Source of the DNA: Octopus vulgaris
Taxonomy: Eukaryota
Assembly: GCA_951406725.2 (NCBI GenBank)
Contig: OX597815.1
Location: 60,698,001 to 60,762,000, forward strand
Direction of reading: 5' to 3'
Length of the DNA: 64,000 nucleotides
The position numbers were made by a program, and so were the translations under genes. Each line of letters starts with the position of its first letter. Within the stretch, counting starts at the first letter, position 1. The notes below the pieces were generated by a model that ran no database searches, was not told where the DNA came from, and saw nothing but the letters and a program-made list of their open reading frames with translations. This document shows, piece after piece, positions 40,230 through 54,252 of the stretch.

Positions 40230-41105
40230 AACAGACTGGAATTGTAGGCCCGTCTCTTGCAATTTTGATCAATTGTATCTTGTCCTCCCTCTTGTATAGA
40301 AGTGTGGCTACAATCCAGCCTACCTCTACATCTGAGGGGACATTTTAAATTTTTATCCGGGACGTCCTACGTTCCAGATATAAAGGTAAAAATAGAATAT
40401 TTCCACTTTGCAAGGTTCGAGTCGAGTACTCCCTTGCACGCTCCGTTGACTCAAACCTTGCTTCTGTTGTGGCGAATTTACCGCCTCTGGTTAGATACTT
40501 GATATCTTTCATAGTCGCACCAAGACACTTTTCAATGGTGCTTTCCTCCAGGTGTTCAAATCTTTTTTTTTCTCTACATTGTATACTTTATAGACAATAG
40601 TCTTTTCTTTAATTAAATTTTTTATTTCGTTTGGTGGTGTTATCCTAGATTCACCGTCTTTGTCGGTGATCAATCCGAAATAGGTTTGTATTTCTTCCAT
40701 TTTAATTTTAATGAGTTCGCGCCCGCCGACGGCTGCAGCAAAATTCATTTTTGGACTTTCTTCTATCGAAGACATTTTAACAAAAATGCTTCTGTATAAA
40801 CGGTGAAAATATGGTCAGTTTCCCCAAACAGGGACACAATTCAATTTTTAAACAATAACCAAAGCTCCTTCTCCCAAAGGGGGAGGGATACGGTTTACAA
40901 TTATTTAACAAATGCAACACAACAACGCTTCCCTTACGAGGAACCAACAAACGTGATAACAATAGTTAAACAGTAACAATAATAACAACAAACCTTACGG
41001 TGAATCAAAAAACCGTACTCAGTTGAAACTATAGTCCATTATGGATTAGAAATAAACCAACAGCAGTACCCGGTAGAAGCGTCTGTTCGAGAAAACAGAC
41101 ATTAC
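40230..41105 (-). mobile_element. 5' region and ORF1 relic homologous to the ORF1-only element at 54781-56739
   Basis: KEKTIVYKVY vs EEKTMVLRTY; IKYLTRG vs VKYISRG; ILFLPLY vs ILFLPSY (across frameshifts). Confidence 0.65.
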
Positions 41106-41139
41106 ATACAGCCAAACTTCATATAGATACTTAATGCTA

Positions 41140-41690
41140 GTTAATTAGCAGATAATCTAATGTAAAAGACGTGGTAAAGGGTATGTGCACAGCTCCATTT
41201 GGACTATTCCATTTCTGCACGCTAATTTTATTTTAAATTTATTCCCATTCATGTGAAACCACTTATTCAAGTCATTGATGCAATTTTATACCAATTGCTA
41301 TTTTTCTTTTTAATTGTTATGTTACGATTTAATTATTATATTATACTTTAGTTTGATTTTAATTATTACTTACTACATATGATTCAATTGTTATTATTAT
41401 CTCTAATTTTTACTGTTAAAGTGAAAGTATCTGACGTAAAATAGAGAAATGTTTTTGTTTCACTTTTAACACGTAATACTGAAATAGTGGAAAAGATATG
41501 ATCTTGCTATGGGCTCGCCCTTGGCAAGAAGTTGAACATTGTTTTTCCCCATGAAACTACATGGACCCTAAGTAAGGCATGTGTAAAATTTGAATGAAAT
41601 TGGTTGTGTAGTTCTCAAGTTTTAGGGAAACACACAGACAAACAGAGAGACAGAGGGACAGACACATTCTCAGTTTTATATATATAGAGA
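41140..41690 (-). mobile_element. Non-autonomous Helitron-like element
   Basis: Same architecture as 18703-19267 (aaaattt..aaattggttg, acag microsatellite, tatagagat end). The 3' end is decayed. Confidence 0.55.
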
Positions 41691-41699
41691 TACATAGGT

Positions 41700-41763
<64 letters not shown>

Positions 41764-41765
41764 AA

Positions 41766-41834
<69 letters not shown>

Positions 41835-41865
41835 TATGCATGTATGTATGTATATATGTTTGTAT

Positions 41866-42055
41866 ATGTTTGTGTGTCTGTGTTTGTCCCACTCCAACAT
41901 CGCTTGACAACCAATGGTGCTGCGTTTACATTCCCGTAAATCAAGTGGTTCGGCAAAATAGTCCGATTGTGTAAGTACTAGGATTACAAAGAATAAGTCC
42001 TGGGGTCGATTTGCTCCACTAAAGATGGTGTTCTAGAATGGCCGCAGTCAAATGA

Positions 42056-42059
<4 letters not shown>
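41866..42059 (+). mobile_element. SINE family A 3' half
   Basis: Matches 22510-22700. Confidence 0.8.
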
Positions 42060-42091
<32 letters not shown>

Positions 42092-42092
<1 letters not shown>

Positions 42093-42480
42093 TCTTTTAC
42101 TCTTTTACTCTTTTACTTGTTTCAGTCATTTGACCCCGAGCAAATCGACCCCGGGACTTATTCTCTGTAAACCCAGTACTTATTCTATCGGTCTCTTTTT
42201 GCCAAACCGCTAAGTGACGGGGACGTAAACACACCAGCATCGGTTGTCAAGCAATGCTAGGGGGACAAACACAGACACACAAACACACACACACATACAT
42301 ATACATATATACATATATACGACAGGCTTCTTTCAGTTTCCGTCTACCAAATCCACTCACAAGGCATTGGTCGGCCCGGGGCTATAGCAGAAGACACTTG
42401 CCCAAGATGCCACGCAGTGGGACTGAACCCGCAACAATGTGGTTGGTTAGCAAGCTATTTACCACACAGCCACTCCTGCG

Positions 42481-42482
<2 letters not shown>
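42092..42482 (-). mobile_element. SINE family A, near full length
   Basis: Reverse complement of 25820-26233 with a short tail deletion. Confidence 0.92.
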
Positions 42483-42539
<57 letters not shown>

Positions 42540-43377
42540 ATATGTATATTTGTTGTATATATATATATATATATATACATGTATATATGTATGTATATTT
42601 GTTGTATACATATAATAAAAGCATACATACATACGTATGAATTGATTTGGTATGTCTACCTATGAGTACCCTGTTTTTTCTTATATCAAATGATGTCCAC
42701 TAATCAAAAAAGTTTTCAGAATACTATCCTTCTCTGATAAGAGTTAATAAGCCAAAAATATGTCCATATCGGTTATCTTTTCTCCTAACGGAGATCACAT
42801 TTTACTGTTATTCATAAAAATGAAATTTACTTTCACATTAATTCACAATTAACTTCTTTAAATTATCGCCCCTTTGATTAGGAAGTCTAACATTTTACAA
42901 CGAAGTTTCGGCATTCTTTCACCTACTAAGGAGTAAATTTCAATTCATTGAGAATCTATTGATTACATCACCACCAATGTTTTTGCCTACATTTCTCCCT
43001 CTTTCTCTCTCCCCGTCTCTGTTTTATCTTCTACCGCTCTTTCTCTCTCCTTTCCTCTCCTCTCTCCTTTCCTCTCCTCTCTCCTTTCCTCTCCTCTCTC
43101 CTTTCCTCTCCTCTCTCATAAAACGAATTTTTTCCTGCCTGTCTATATCATTGTGTGTATATTTATACGTGTATGTTTATATCCGTCTCCTTGACAGGTT
43201 TACTATTTTTGTCCAGGGAATCTTACATCTGTGCGTGTATACATCGTATGTGAGAATGAGAATGTGTAAATGTATGTGTGTATGTGTGCACCTGTGTGTA
43301 TATGTGCGACTATGACCATGACGATAGAGAAAGTTAGCACACACACACACACACACACACACTTTCACAAACGCGCC

Positions 43378-43379
<2 letters not shown>

Positions 43380-43422
<43 letters not shown>

Positions 43423-43434
43423 TTCGTAAACTTT

Positions 43435-43475
<41 letters not shown>

Positions 43476-43512
43476 TATACTTGTATATATATATATATAT
43501 ATATACATATGC

Positions 43513-43563
<51 letters not shown>

Positions 43564-43576
43564 TATATACAAATGC

Positions 43577-43639
<63 letters not shown>

Positions 43640-43728
43640 CATATATATATATACATATATATATATACATATATACACATATATATATACATATATACAC
43701 ATATATATATACATATATATATATATAC

Positions 43729-43792
<64 letters not shown>

Positions 43793-43992
43793 ACATGTAT
43801 ATATATATATATATATATACATATGTATATATATATATATATTATATGTATATAATGTATGTTTGTACGTGTGAATGTATATGAGTGTGTATATGTATTA
43901 GTGAGTATGTATATACGCGTATGTATATATGTATGAGTATGCATACATGTATGTATATATGTGTATATAAATGTGTACTAGGTATGTATGCA

Positions 43993-44026
<34 letters not shown>

Positions 44027-44030
44027 CTCG
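43380..44030. repeat. Long compound (TA)n/(TACA)n/(TG)n microsatellite containing a ~30-bp PLE tip (43413-43438)
   Basis: Directly visible; ttttcgtaaactttccc|tata matches 3714-3731. Confidence 0.9.
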
Positions 44031-44505
44031 CATGCATGGAATGTTTATCAAAATTAGACAGAGAATCTGTCTAATCACCGACATCGGAAATGACGTCAAC
44101 ACACGCTGAATACTTCATAACAGAGACTGAAACTGAATTGACCTCATTGACCTTGATAATTTCAGGCCACGTGACTTTTATTATGGCGCTTTTCCGTTCA
44201 TGAAGCCAAACATTCCACCAGTTTAATCTTAAGTTCACTTTTATTACTGCTATACGCATACACACATACATATATATACACACACACATACATACATACA
44301 TACATACATACATACATACATACATACATACATACATACACACAAATTTATACAGATATGTATATATGTAAACACGGAGAGAGAAAAGACGAAGGAGGGA
44401 TGTAGATAGATTGATAGATAGAAACACGTATTTAGACACATATACAGATACTCGCACACATTTACACGTATATGCAGATACAGACTTAGGTAAGCATATT
44501 AAAAT

Positions 44506-44562
<57 letters not shown>

Positions 44563-45156
44563 ATGTGTGTGTGTGTGCGTGTGTGTGTGTGTGCCTGTGT
44601 GGTAGGGGTGTTATAATTTTCATTTCAACTGGAATCTAAATTACTTAGGGAAGATGTATCGTTTCGTGTTAAAATTCACCAGAGTAATGAAAAGAGAAAA
44701 AAAAATTAATAATTCCGAATATCTAAAGTTTGGAAAAATATGTCGGTAGGCTTAAGATGTAGAGGAGATTGAAAAATATGAAGAGAGACATGAGTTATTA
44801 CTTTTTATATAGTTGTTACGAAACAATCAGTTAATATCTTTATTTAAAAATAAAGCACAACCTACGCCATCATAGTTAATATAAACAGAAAATAAATAAT
44901 ATTAATTATGGGAATACATTGAAAGAAGGGAGATAACTTTAACGTATATTTATACAAGAAGATTTTATTTTACTGGAAGTATAAAACCTTTTCAAATCGG
45001 TGGTGCGGGCGTTGGGGGATGTTTTATATTTCTGATTATATGTAAATTATATGTCTTTGTTAATATCAGTGGTAATTAAAAATGTTGCAGCGTGGAAGGT
45101 GTTTATAAGCCATTTAAAAACACACAAAAACCGTTAGATTCACTTCAACATTTAAA

Positions 45157-45206
45157 TTTGTCAAAATATTTTCGTCGCTTTAAACCGAGACTTGTTCACA
45201 GACAAA
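45157..45206 (-). ncRNA. Hammerhead variant with G3:C8 core
   Basis: tttgtct-GTGAACA-a-gtctc(ggtttaaa)gcgac-GAAA-ata-TTT-tgacaaa. Confidence 0.55.
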
Positions 45207-45769
45207 ATTCTGTGCTGCAAATATTAATATGTTTAAAATAACTCTGTTCAAAATACTTGAAACAAAGATGGAGACTGTCTAGATATGGGATTTTCTGAAT
45301 TCAACAGATTAAATGTGTTAGCCATGTTGTTGTGTGGTTTGATCGTTGTTGTGGTGTTGTTTCGGTAATGAAGGCGAATTCTGCAAATGATACTGAAATT
45401 ATAGTGAGAGTACATGTGACAACTCGGTGTACAAATATATACTGTACAATCTAAGAGAGAGAAAGAGAGAAAGAGAGAGAGAAAGATGAAGAGAGACAGA
45501 GAGAGAGAGAAAGATAAAGAGAGACAGAGAAACAGAGAGAGGTGGAGAACGAACGAGATTTTATAAAATGCGGACGATGTTTTTTATATGTATATATACG
45601 TGCTTCTCCACATCTATAAACCTTTTTGTTACACATTTTGAATGAATATTATCCCTTGAGGCAAGATCAAGCACAGGAACAACAACAACAACGACGATGA
45701 TGATGATGATGATGATGATGATAATAATAATAATAATAGTAATAATAATAATAATAATAATAATTCCTA

Positions 45770-46420
45770 TTATTTCATTTATTGGCCAACAGGACCGACA
45801 TATAGGGGATAATATAGAAGATGTAGATTGTGGGGATTTTACACAAAACAACGAGTACACAATTGAAACAATAATACCAAGGAAGAATATAACAATGAAA
45901 GTTCCTCATTGGAGGCGAGGTAATCACCTGGTGTTGGTTTAGGTACCCTACCTATCCTGAACCACTCACTGCTTCTTTTGATTCTGAATAATTTCTTCTA
46001 GTGGACTTTCAGGCTGAGGACTATGGACAAGTTTCAAGCGCCTTTGTTCTTGCAAGGCTGCCAGCATTACGCGAGTTGGAGATAAACCTTAGAGATACGT
46101 CAATGACGTTAACCAGGCCTGACCAGCATGGTACCGAGTTTATCGTAAACATCACCCCGACACCTTTTGATGCTGAAGGGCAGGTATTCTCTACAAGTAA
46201 CATCATGTGAGAACTGAAAATAGGCACTTTCCTTTTTGGTCAAACCCTCGTCTACATTTTTCAAGCTTTTGAAAAAGGAGAGTGAGAATGATGGATGAGT
46301 ATAATGAGCCCGGCAATTGTCTCACTCCACTCGCAAATACTATATATTCTTTATGCGACATACAGTCACTGATCTCGTATAGAGAAAAAAAACTTGTTTT
46401 AAATCTCTGATTGAGAGATA
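45770..46420 (-). mobile_element. Highly decayed Tx1/L1 3' end
   Basis: EISD..E.., GFDQKGKCLFSVL and GQ.LVN parallel 32030-32280. Tail cggtcctgttggccaataaatgaaa parallels 32560-32587. Confidence 0.6.
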
Positions 46421-46851
46421 TACAGTAACAGTACCGAATAATGAAGTTTATATGCAAATAGGATGTGACAATCCTACAAAGGACGATGTTACTGCTGTTT
46501 TAGCCCCATCATCATCATCATCATTATTATTATTATTATTTTGTTGTTGTTGTTGTTGTTGTTATTGTTGTTATTATTATTATTATTATTTTGAGTACTG
46601 GGGTCGATGCGATCAACTATCCTCCTCCCCACAAAATCCAGGCCTTGTGCCTATAGTAGAAAGGACTATTACTATTTTTGTTGTTGTTGCTACTACTGCT
46701 GATGTTGTGGTTGTGATTGTTGCTGTTGCTGTTGTTATTGCTGTACTGTTATAAGTTTTTGTTATTGGCGTTGATTTTGTTGGTGTTAATATTGTTGTTG
46801 CTTTCGAACGCTGTTTCCTTCCGGTCTTCACATACTTTCAAACACTTCACG

Positions 46852-46899
<48 letters not shown>

Positions 46900-47226
46900 T
46901 CTCTCTATTTCCCCCTTTTTCTCTTTCTCTCTCATTCCGCTCCCTTTCTTTTTACTCCTGGTATATTTTTACACTGTTTTTTACCTTTTTATCACAGATC
47001 TGCTCCTTGATGTATAACAGCACAAATGAATAAATAAATAAATAAATAGATAAATAAACGAAAATCAGCGACCAAGAAACCTTTGACATTTTAATGGCCA
47101 ACAAATTTGTTCAGTGATCTATGGCTGCTTCTTGCACTTCTCTCCAATATCGCTCTTTCGGTTTTACTCACTCGAAAATATTTCATATAATCACCTTCAT
47201 AGAAAAAAAGAAGAAATGCAGAACAT

Positions 47227-47261
47227 ACTACTACTACTACGAGTATTACTACTACTACTAC

Positions 47262-47301
<40 letters not shown>

Positions 47302-47303
47302 AA

Positions 47304-47341
<38 letters not shown>

Positions 47342-47470
47342 ATAATAATAATAATAATGGTGGTGGTGATGATAATAGTAATAGTAGTAATAGTAGTAGT
47401 AGAAGTAGTAGAATATCAATAGCAACAACAATAACAATAATGATATTAATTTTCAATAATAATAATAACA

Positions 47471-47523
<53 letters not shown>

Positions 47524-47693
47524 TTTGTGGGCGCTTTCTTAGTTCTTGATAGAAATGTTTCTGTTCCTTCGCCTAGATGACATTTCCAAACATCAACACT
47601 ATCAGAACAATATCTACCTGAAGGTCAGTTCTGCGATTCCAAACTGGTTAATTTTCTGAAAATGTAAAACTCCTGCTGCTTCTACTACTACTA

Positions 47694-47730
<37 letters not shown>

Positions 47731-47755
47731 CGCTGCCGCTGCTGCTGCTGCTACT
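47227..47755. repeat. Compound (TAC)n/(TAA)n/(TAG)n/(CTG)n microsatellites
   Basis: Directly visible. Confidence 0.9.
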
Positions 47756-47848
47756 GATGCCATTTATTTATGCACACACACACAAACATGCACGTATATA
47801 TGTGCATATGTGCGTGTTGTACATATACATATATTTATTCAATCTTAT

Positions 47849-48045
47849 AAGGCGGCGTACTGGCAAAATAGGACGCTAGGCAAAATGCATCCGTCTTTAC
47901 GTTCTGAGTTCAAAGTCTGCCAAGGTTGACTTTACCTTGCATTCTTTTGGGAATCGATGAATTAAGTACCAGGTTGATCATTGGGGAGTCGATGTAGTCG
48001 ACTTCCTCCCACCTTCGAAATTGCTGGCCTTGAGCCAAAATTTAA
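47849..48045 (+). mobile_element. SINE family B, diverged, with likely TSD attcaatctt
   Basis: Similar to 7730-7921 (reverse); direct repeat at ~47837 and ~48046. Confidence 0.75.
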
Positions 48046-48641
48046 ATTCAATCTTTATTCACAAATGTTAATATACGTTTGATTTTATTTAGAATCGAGC
48101 GGACCGACTTACGACAACATTTTACATATATTTAAAGGAATGCAATACCCACCGACCCCAAGCGTTTGAAGGCCCTATCTATTCAACTTATTTCGAAATT
48201 GCTGGTGTAATGTATCATAAGACATACTGTATCTGAAGTAAATGGCAGGATGGTCATGCTTGGAAATTTTTGCTCCAACTTGACTAGTGGAGCTAAACAA
48301 CAACAGCAGCAGCAGCATCAGCAGCAACTTTACGAAACACATTAAGAATTCGACAAGAAACTATACGTATTTCTCGCAATGCAGCATTTTAGAAGCTTCC
48401 ACTGCACTGGTTAACTTCTATTTGAATATAATTCTTTAATACTCAGAGCAAAACTACAAGATCAACGTCCTAAACTTTTAGAAAGTCTTTCAGATAAAGA
48501 ATGGAAGAAAAGCTTGCCTAAACATCATTGATTATTAATCAGCTTTTGCGTTTTTAAAGTAAAAAAAATGGAGAATATCTCTTAAAGAGAGACACAGAAA
48601 CATTCATTCACCTGATTATATATACACATATGTGTGAGCAA

Positions 48642-48708
<67 letters not shown>

Positions 48709-48921
48709 GTATGTATGCATGCATATGTGTATGCATATGCATATATATACTCTTTTATTCTTTTACTTGTTTCAGTCATTTGACTGCGGCCATATATATA
48801 TATAGTATATATATATACTATATATATATATATATATATATATTTGTATATACATATATATGTATATATATATGTATATATGTATGTATATATATATATA
48901 TGTGTGTGTCTGTGTGTATAT

Positions 48922-48969
<48 letters not shown>

Positions 48970-49259
48970 GGAGAATGAGATATGAGATACACTCATATAT
49001 ACATACTTGCATACATTAATTCAATATGCATATATTATTCATACATATATATACCAGTATATAAATACATATATATATACACACCCAAATAGACACATAT
49101 GTGTGCATATGTCTCTGAGTGTAAAATCTTGTATATTAGGATATCGGGTAAATTTATAGAGACGGTATTATATACATCTCTAACTCTTTGGCATCCACTA
49201 ACAAGAAAAGACAGTAATATAATCTTGTTGCATCTCATTCGTCTTTAAATGATATATCT

Positions 49260-49410
49260 AACGTAGCAACCATTTTCCTAGCCTTAACAAATAAACATTT
49301 CCCCAATAATCACAGTTACAGGAAATTATTAAACAAAACTAACTTCAAAGAAAGCTACAGTTGTGTCATAAATCTGAAAACAATATTTGTCGCAAATAAT
49401 TTCAACTAAA
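49260..49410 (+). mobile_element. Short Penelope-like ORF relic
   Basis: NKHFPNNHSYRKLLNK..KESYSC resembles the PLE RT-to-endonuclease linker. Confidence 0.5.
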
Positions 49411-49589
49411 ATATCTGAAATAAACGGTAAATATATGAATAAAAAGTTCGTGCTCTCGTAATTAGCAGTCTAATTTTGAAAGAATTATCTCTTAGACAAA
49501 TTACGTCATCAAAATCAAATAAGCTTGGGCTTTTCTGGTTTACTTAACACACTACCCAGACTTTTCGAGATTCCCTTAGCCCATCAAAT

Positions 49590-50591
49590 GAAGAATCTTA
49601 GGTGTTGTGGGCGTGTTCATTGACCTCTCTCACAATAACTCTCCACGTGTAATAGTCCAATAGATTGAGATCTGAGGAATTAGGGGGCCAAATGTTAGTG
49701 GTTATGTGATCATGAAAATTTTCAGCCATCCATTCCTGTGTTACTAGAACTATACGTGATAGTGCAGAATCTTACTGAAACATATGGCCTTCAATTGCAT
49801 ACGTTGTCCATTCAGGGCTTAATAATCATTTCCAGGACCTCAATGTAGGCGGCAGAGTTAAATCTAAGTCCTTGTGGAAAGAAGTAAGGAAGTATCACAT
49901 GTTCTTCATCAATGACAACCCCTAAAACCATGACAGTTGCAGGAAATTTTGTATGCATAACACTTGGAACTTCAGAAGGGTCTGCACATAACCATCTGTT
50001 ATTTCTTCTGTTAACTTTTTGATCTTGGTCGAAGTTTTTCTCATTTGAAAAAACTAAATGAAATCTTCTGCTGGATTTTTCAGTTTGTTTAAGAGCCTTT
50101 TAGATATGAGGTAATGATTTTCTTTTGCTTTTTCTGACAAATTGACCTTTCCTCATCATATAAGATGTCTTTGTGGACAACATTTCTGACTCTTCCTTCT
50201 GACACATGGAGATCTTTTAGCAATTGACTTCATGGACTTTCTGGGATTATAATCAATGGGCTGTTGAACTTGCTGGATAAATTCAGGTGTTCTGATGATT
50301 TCAGAGCGTTTGGAATGCTTTTTATGCTTTAATATTGCTGATACGTTTCCATCTTTAATCTCTAGCTCTTTACAAACGTTGTAGACGAAAGATCTGGCAA
50401 CTTTTAAAAATCGAGATATTTCTAATCGCTAAGTTTAGCCTTTAAAACCACAATAACAGCATGCCTCTTCCTTTCTTGAGTAAGCTGAAGGTCTGCCATT
50501 ATTATTTTCTGAAACAAAGATTATACAGAGTTAGCAAAAAATGCAGCAATGACCCAAAAAAGGTATGTCCTCATATAACTTACGCACCCTG
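49590..50591 (-). mobile_element. Tc1/mariner-superfamily (maT/DD37D-like) transposon, degenerate, one TIR
   Basis: FSNEKNF, NRRNNRW, HTKFPATVMVLGVV, DSA and WPPNSSDLNLLDYYTW; ta|cagggtgcg terminus. Confidence 0.82.
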
Positions 50592-51567
50592 TATACACAC
50601 ACACACATACACATACACACACACACACACATGCATATATGTAAATCTATATGTATATATGTATACACACACACATATATTATGTACACCCATACTCACA
50701 CAAACTGCAATTGGTTAATATAGGCATAGAAAAGTAAAAGAAAGAGAAAAAAAGATCCTTAAAGGAACACATAAAAATAGCATAGAAATATAGCCTAAAA
50801 AAATAAGAGCAAAATGGCGTGTGTATGTATGTGTGTGTGTGCGTGCGCGTGTGTGTTTATGTACACAAAAACAGGAACACAGAGTGATATAAATTCATTC
50901 ACAAACACAATGTATAAAAAAACAGCAATACACACAGAAACATACACATGCATGCACACAAACGCATGCAGATTCACATACATGTACTTTCATTCACAGC
51001 TAAATGAAAGCATGGAATATCCAGCAATTTAGAGGCATTCATAAAGGGGGAACATTTGCAAACGAGCATAGTTACAAATCTACATACACACACATGCAAA
51101 CGCATATACACACTTTCATCAAAATACACACCTAGTCACACAAATGTACATACATACATATGTGTATGTATGTACTCATACATATATGTGTGTGTGTGTT
51201 TATATATAGGTATATATTTATATATATATATATATATACATCTATACACGCATACATACATACATACACACACACACATACACACATATATATACACATA
51301 ATATATACATGCTTATAAAAATCAGTAAATACCCGATACAAACGTAAAAGCTGATGGACATGAGCAAACACGCACACATACGCACAGAAGTACTCCTGCA
51401 CAACCACACAAAAATGCACAGATAAGTACACTGAAAATGTTTAAAACACATTTAGGAAAACAACACACATAAACACGCATGCGCACACACATACACATGC
51501 TCGCGCGCACGCTCACATGTATTCAGATATATTCACAATGACAGCAAAGCTTTTAGAAAACGGACAA

Positions 51568-51635
<68 letters not shown>

Positions 51636-52099
51636 ATATATATACATGTGTGTGCATGTGTGTGTGCATTTATGTCTAGGCATATGTATGGATATATATA
51701 AGTGTGTAAGTAAGTATGTTTATATATATATGTATGTGTATATACAAATACATGATCACGTTTTCACATAGCATCACAAAAAAAGACTCAGACATATACC
51801 GGCACACATACATGCAACACACACACACGTTCAGACGCGCACACACTTAGACCTATATACAGGTGCGCACACACACGCACGCATACACACACACACATAT
51901 GCATTCAAGTACACATACGCACACACGAACATATATGTACACACGCACACCTCTCCACTCATAAACAATGAAACTAAATGGCTGCTGTTGGGAGAAAAAT
52001 AGCAAAATTTATGATATGAAATTCCGTTTTCAGAGATTGACCAAGATTCCCCATCATATTGTTACTTGTCTTCCCCACCTCTTCTCTCTCTCATCCACT

Positions 52100-52164
<65 letters not shown>

Positions 52165-53009
52165 TCTGTCACTTTTCTCTCTCTCTATTTGTCACTATTT
52201 TTCTATATTACATAAAAACCATAGCTCTGACTACCTATTGAACCCTTGTGTGCTCTCAGTGATTAAATGTCCTACTTAATTGAACAAATGATGCACTATT
52301 TAGGATCATGTCCCTTTTCTTCTGTTACGTAGTACGTAACAAAATCTATTATAGTCCCCCTGTAGAACATTCTACAGATACTTTTCACTAGTCTACAGCA
52401 GTTATTTCTCCGTGGTGTATAAACTGACCGCTTCGTTCCTGTGTTTGTCCTGATCAATTTCTGTATCGAGCATTTGTGATATCAATGACTGCTCTAGATT
52501 GTACGGCTACATAACTAATTGTCTTTAAATCAACAGCTGCTAGTAATGTGATAATCACTGAAACATGGAAATATCTGCTGAATTAACTTGTATTAGATGC
52601 TATATATTTTCTCAATGCGGAGCTTAATCTAGTTTCATTATTTTGATTTTTTTAATCCACGGTAACATAAAGTCATAACACCAACTATCTGTTGACTCTT
52701 GTACACACTTCGTGATGAAGTATTTCGCTTAAACGATCTAAGGTTTTCTTTTGCTGACCTTAAAACTCATCTACCTCATAGTGCAATGTATGTATGTATG
52801 TATGTATGTATGTATGTATGTATGTATGTATGTGTCTGTCTGTTTGTTTGTCTGTCTGTTTGTCTGTTTGTCTGTATATCTGTCTGTCTGTCTGTGTATT
52901 TGTGTGTTTCTCTGTGTGCGTGTCTGCCTGCCTATCTGTCTGTCTGTCTATCTATTTATATGTATACATAAATACATACATACATACATATATATATATT
53001 ATATACACA

Positions 53010-53060
<51 letters not shown>

Positions 53061-53099
53061 CATATATATGCATTTATATATACATACATGTGTATATAC

Positions 53100-53130
<31 letters not shown>

Positions 53131-53153
53131 CATGTATGTATGTATTATGTATG

Positions 53154-53208
<55 letters not shown>

Positions 53209-53444
53209 GTATGTATGCATGTATGTATGTATGCATGTATGTGTGTGTGTGTGTGTGTGTATGTGTTTGTGTGTGTAAGTATATATGTATATATATTCCA
53301 TAATGGCCTCTACATTACTTTCTATATTTCACTTTTCTTTCGTCGTTCTCCATTTATGTCATTCATTCACTCTTTCTATTTCTTTGCTTCTCTTCTCTTC
53401 TTCCAAAAACTCATGTCCATGTCTCAGTTAGCACATTTCATTTA

Positions 53445-53488
<44 letters not shown>

Positions 53489-53625
53489 ATCTATCTATCT
53501 ATCTCTATCTCTCTCCCTCTTTCACACACACACACAAACTCTCTCTCTCTCACCCTTTTACTTCCTCTCTGTGCGTGCACCCGCCCTCACTGGTATGTGT
53601 GTGTGCACCCGCCCGAGCCCGCCTC

Positions 53626-53658
<33 letters not shown>

Positions 53659-53858
53659 TGATTTTTCTCACTTTTGCAACATATTGCCAAAGAACAAATG
53701 CTCAGTGCGAAAAAAAAAAGAAATAAAAAGAAACCATAAATCTGCAAATTAATAAATATATCAATAAAAAATGGCTGCCAGCCGGAATATGAGCGAGATA
53801 AAAACAGATAAGAATATATGGAAAAAAGCCATCATACAGGCACACAAACACACACTCA

Positions 53859-53907
<49 letters not shown>

Positions 53908-54206
53908 GCATGAGTGCACGCACACGCATACTGTCGGTTACAAAGATACCGACAAGCATACGTACAAAGGAAAAAAAATTGCGTCTCTTGGTAACAACTG
54001 TGTGAAAATAGTTCCGTCAGAATCCACCTCTGAACATTTAATGATCCTTAACTGACACCACCACCCCCACACACACCCCACATCCATACTCCCACCCACC
54101 CAAAATACAAACACACACACACACACGAACACACAGAGGCATAAGCTGGAACTAACAGATATAAAAGACACGCATTACCACGCCCAGCTGAAACATGTGT
54201 ATGTGT

Positions 54207-54252
<46 letters not shown>

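Noticed and set aside
45792-46183. Apparent pair of in-phase plus-strand coding exons (ending ..RR|V-DFQAEDYG..DAEGQ) with AG/GT boundaries
   Set aside because: The minus strand parallels the Tx1 ORF2 C-terminus and 3' tail seen at 32025-32587, so the open frame is most likely antisense transposon sequence. No recognisable host protein; RNA-seq junctions would be needed to revive it.
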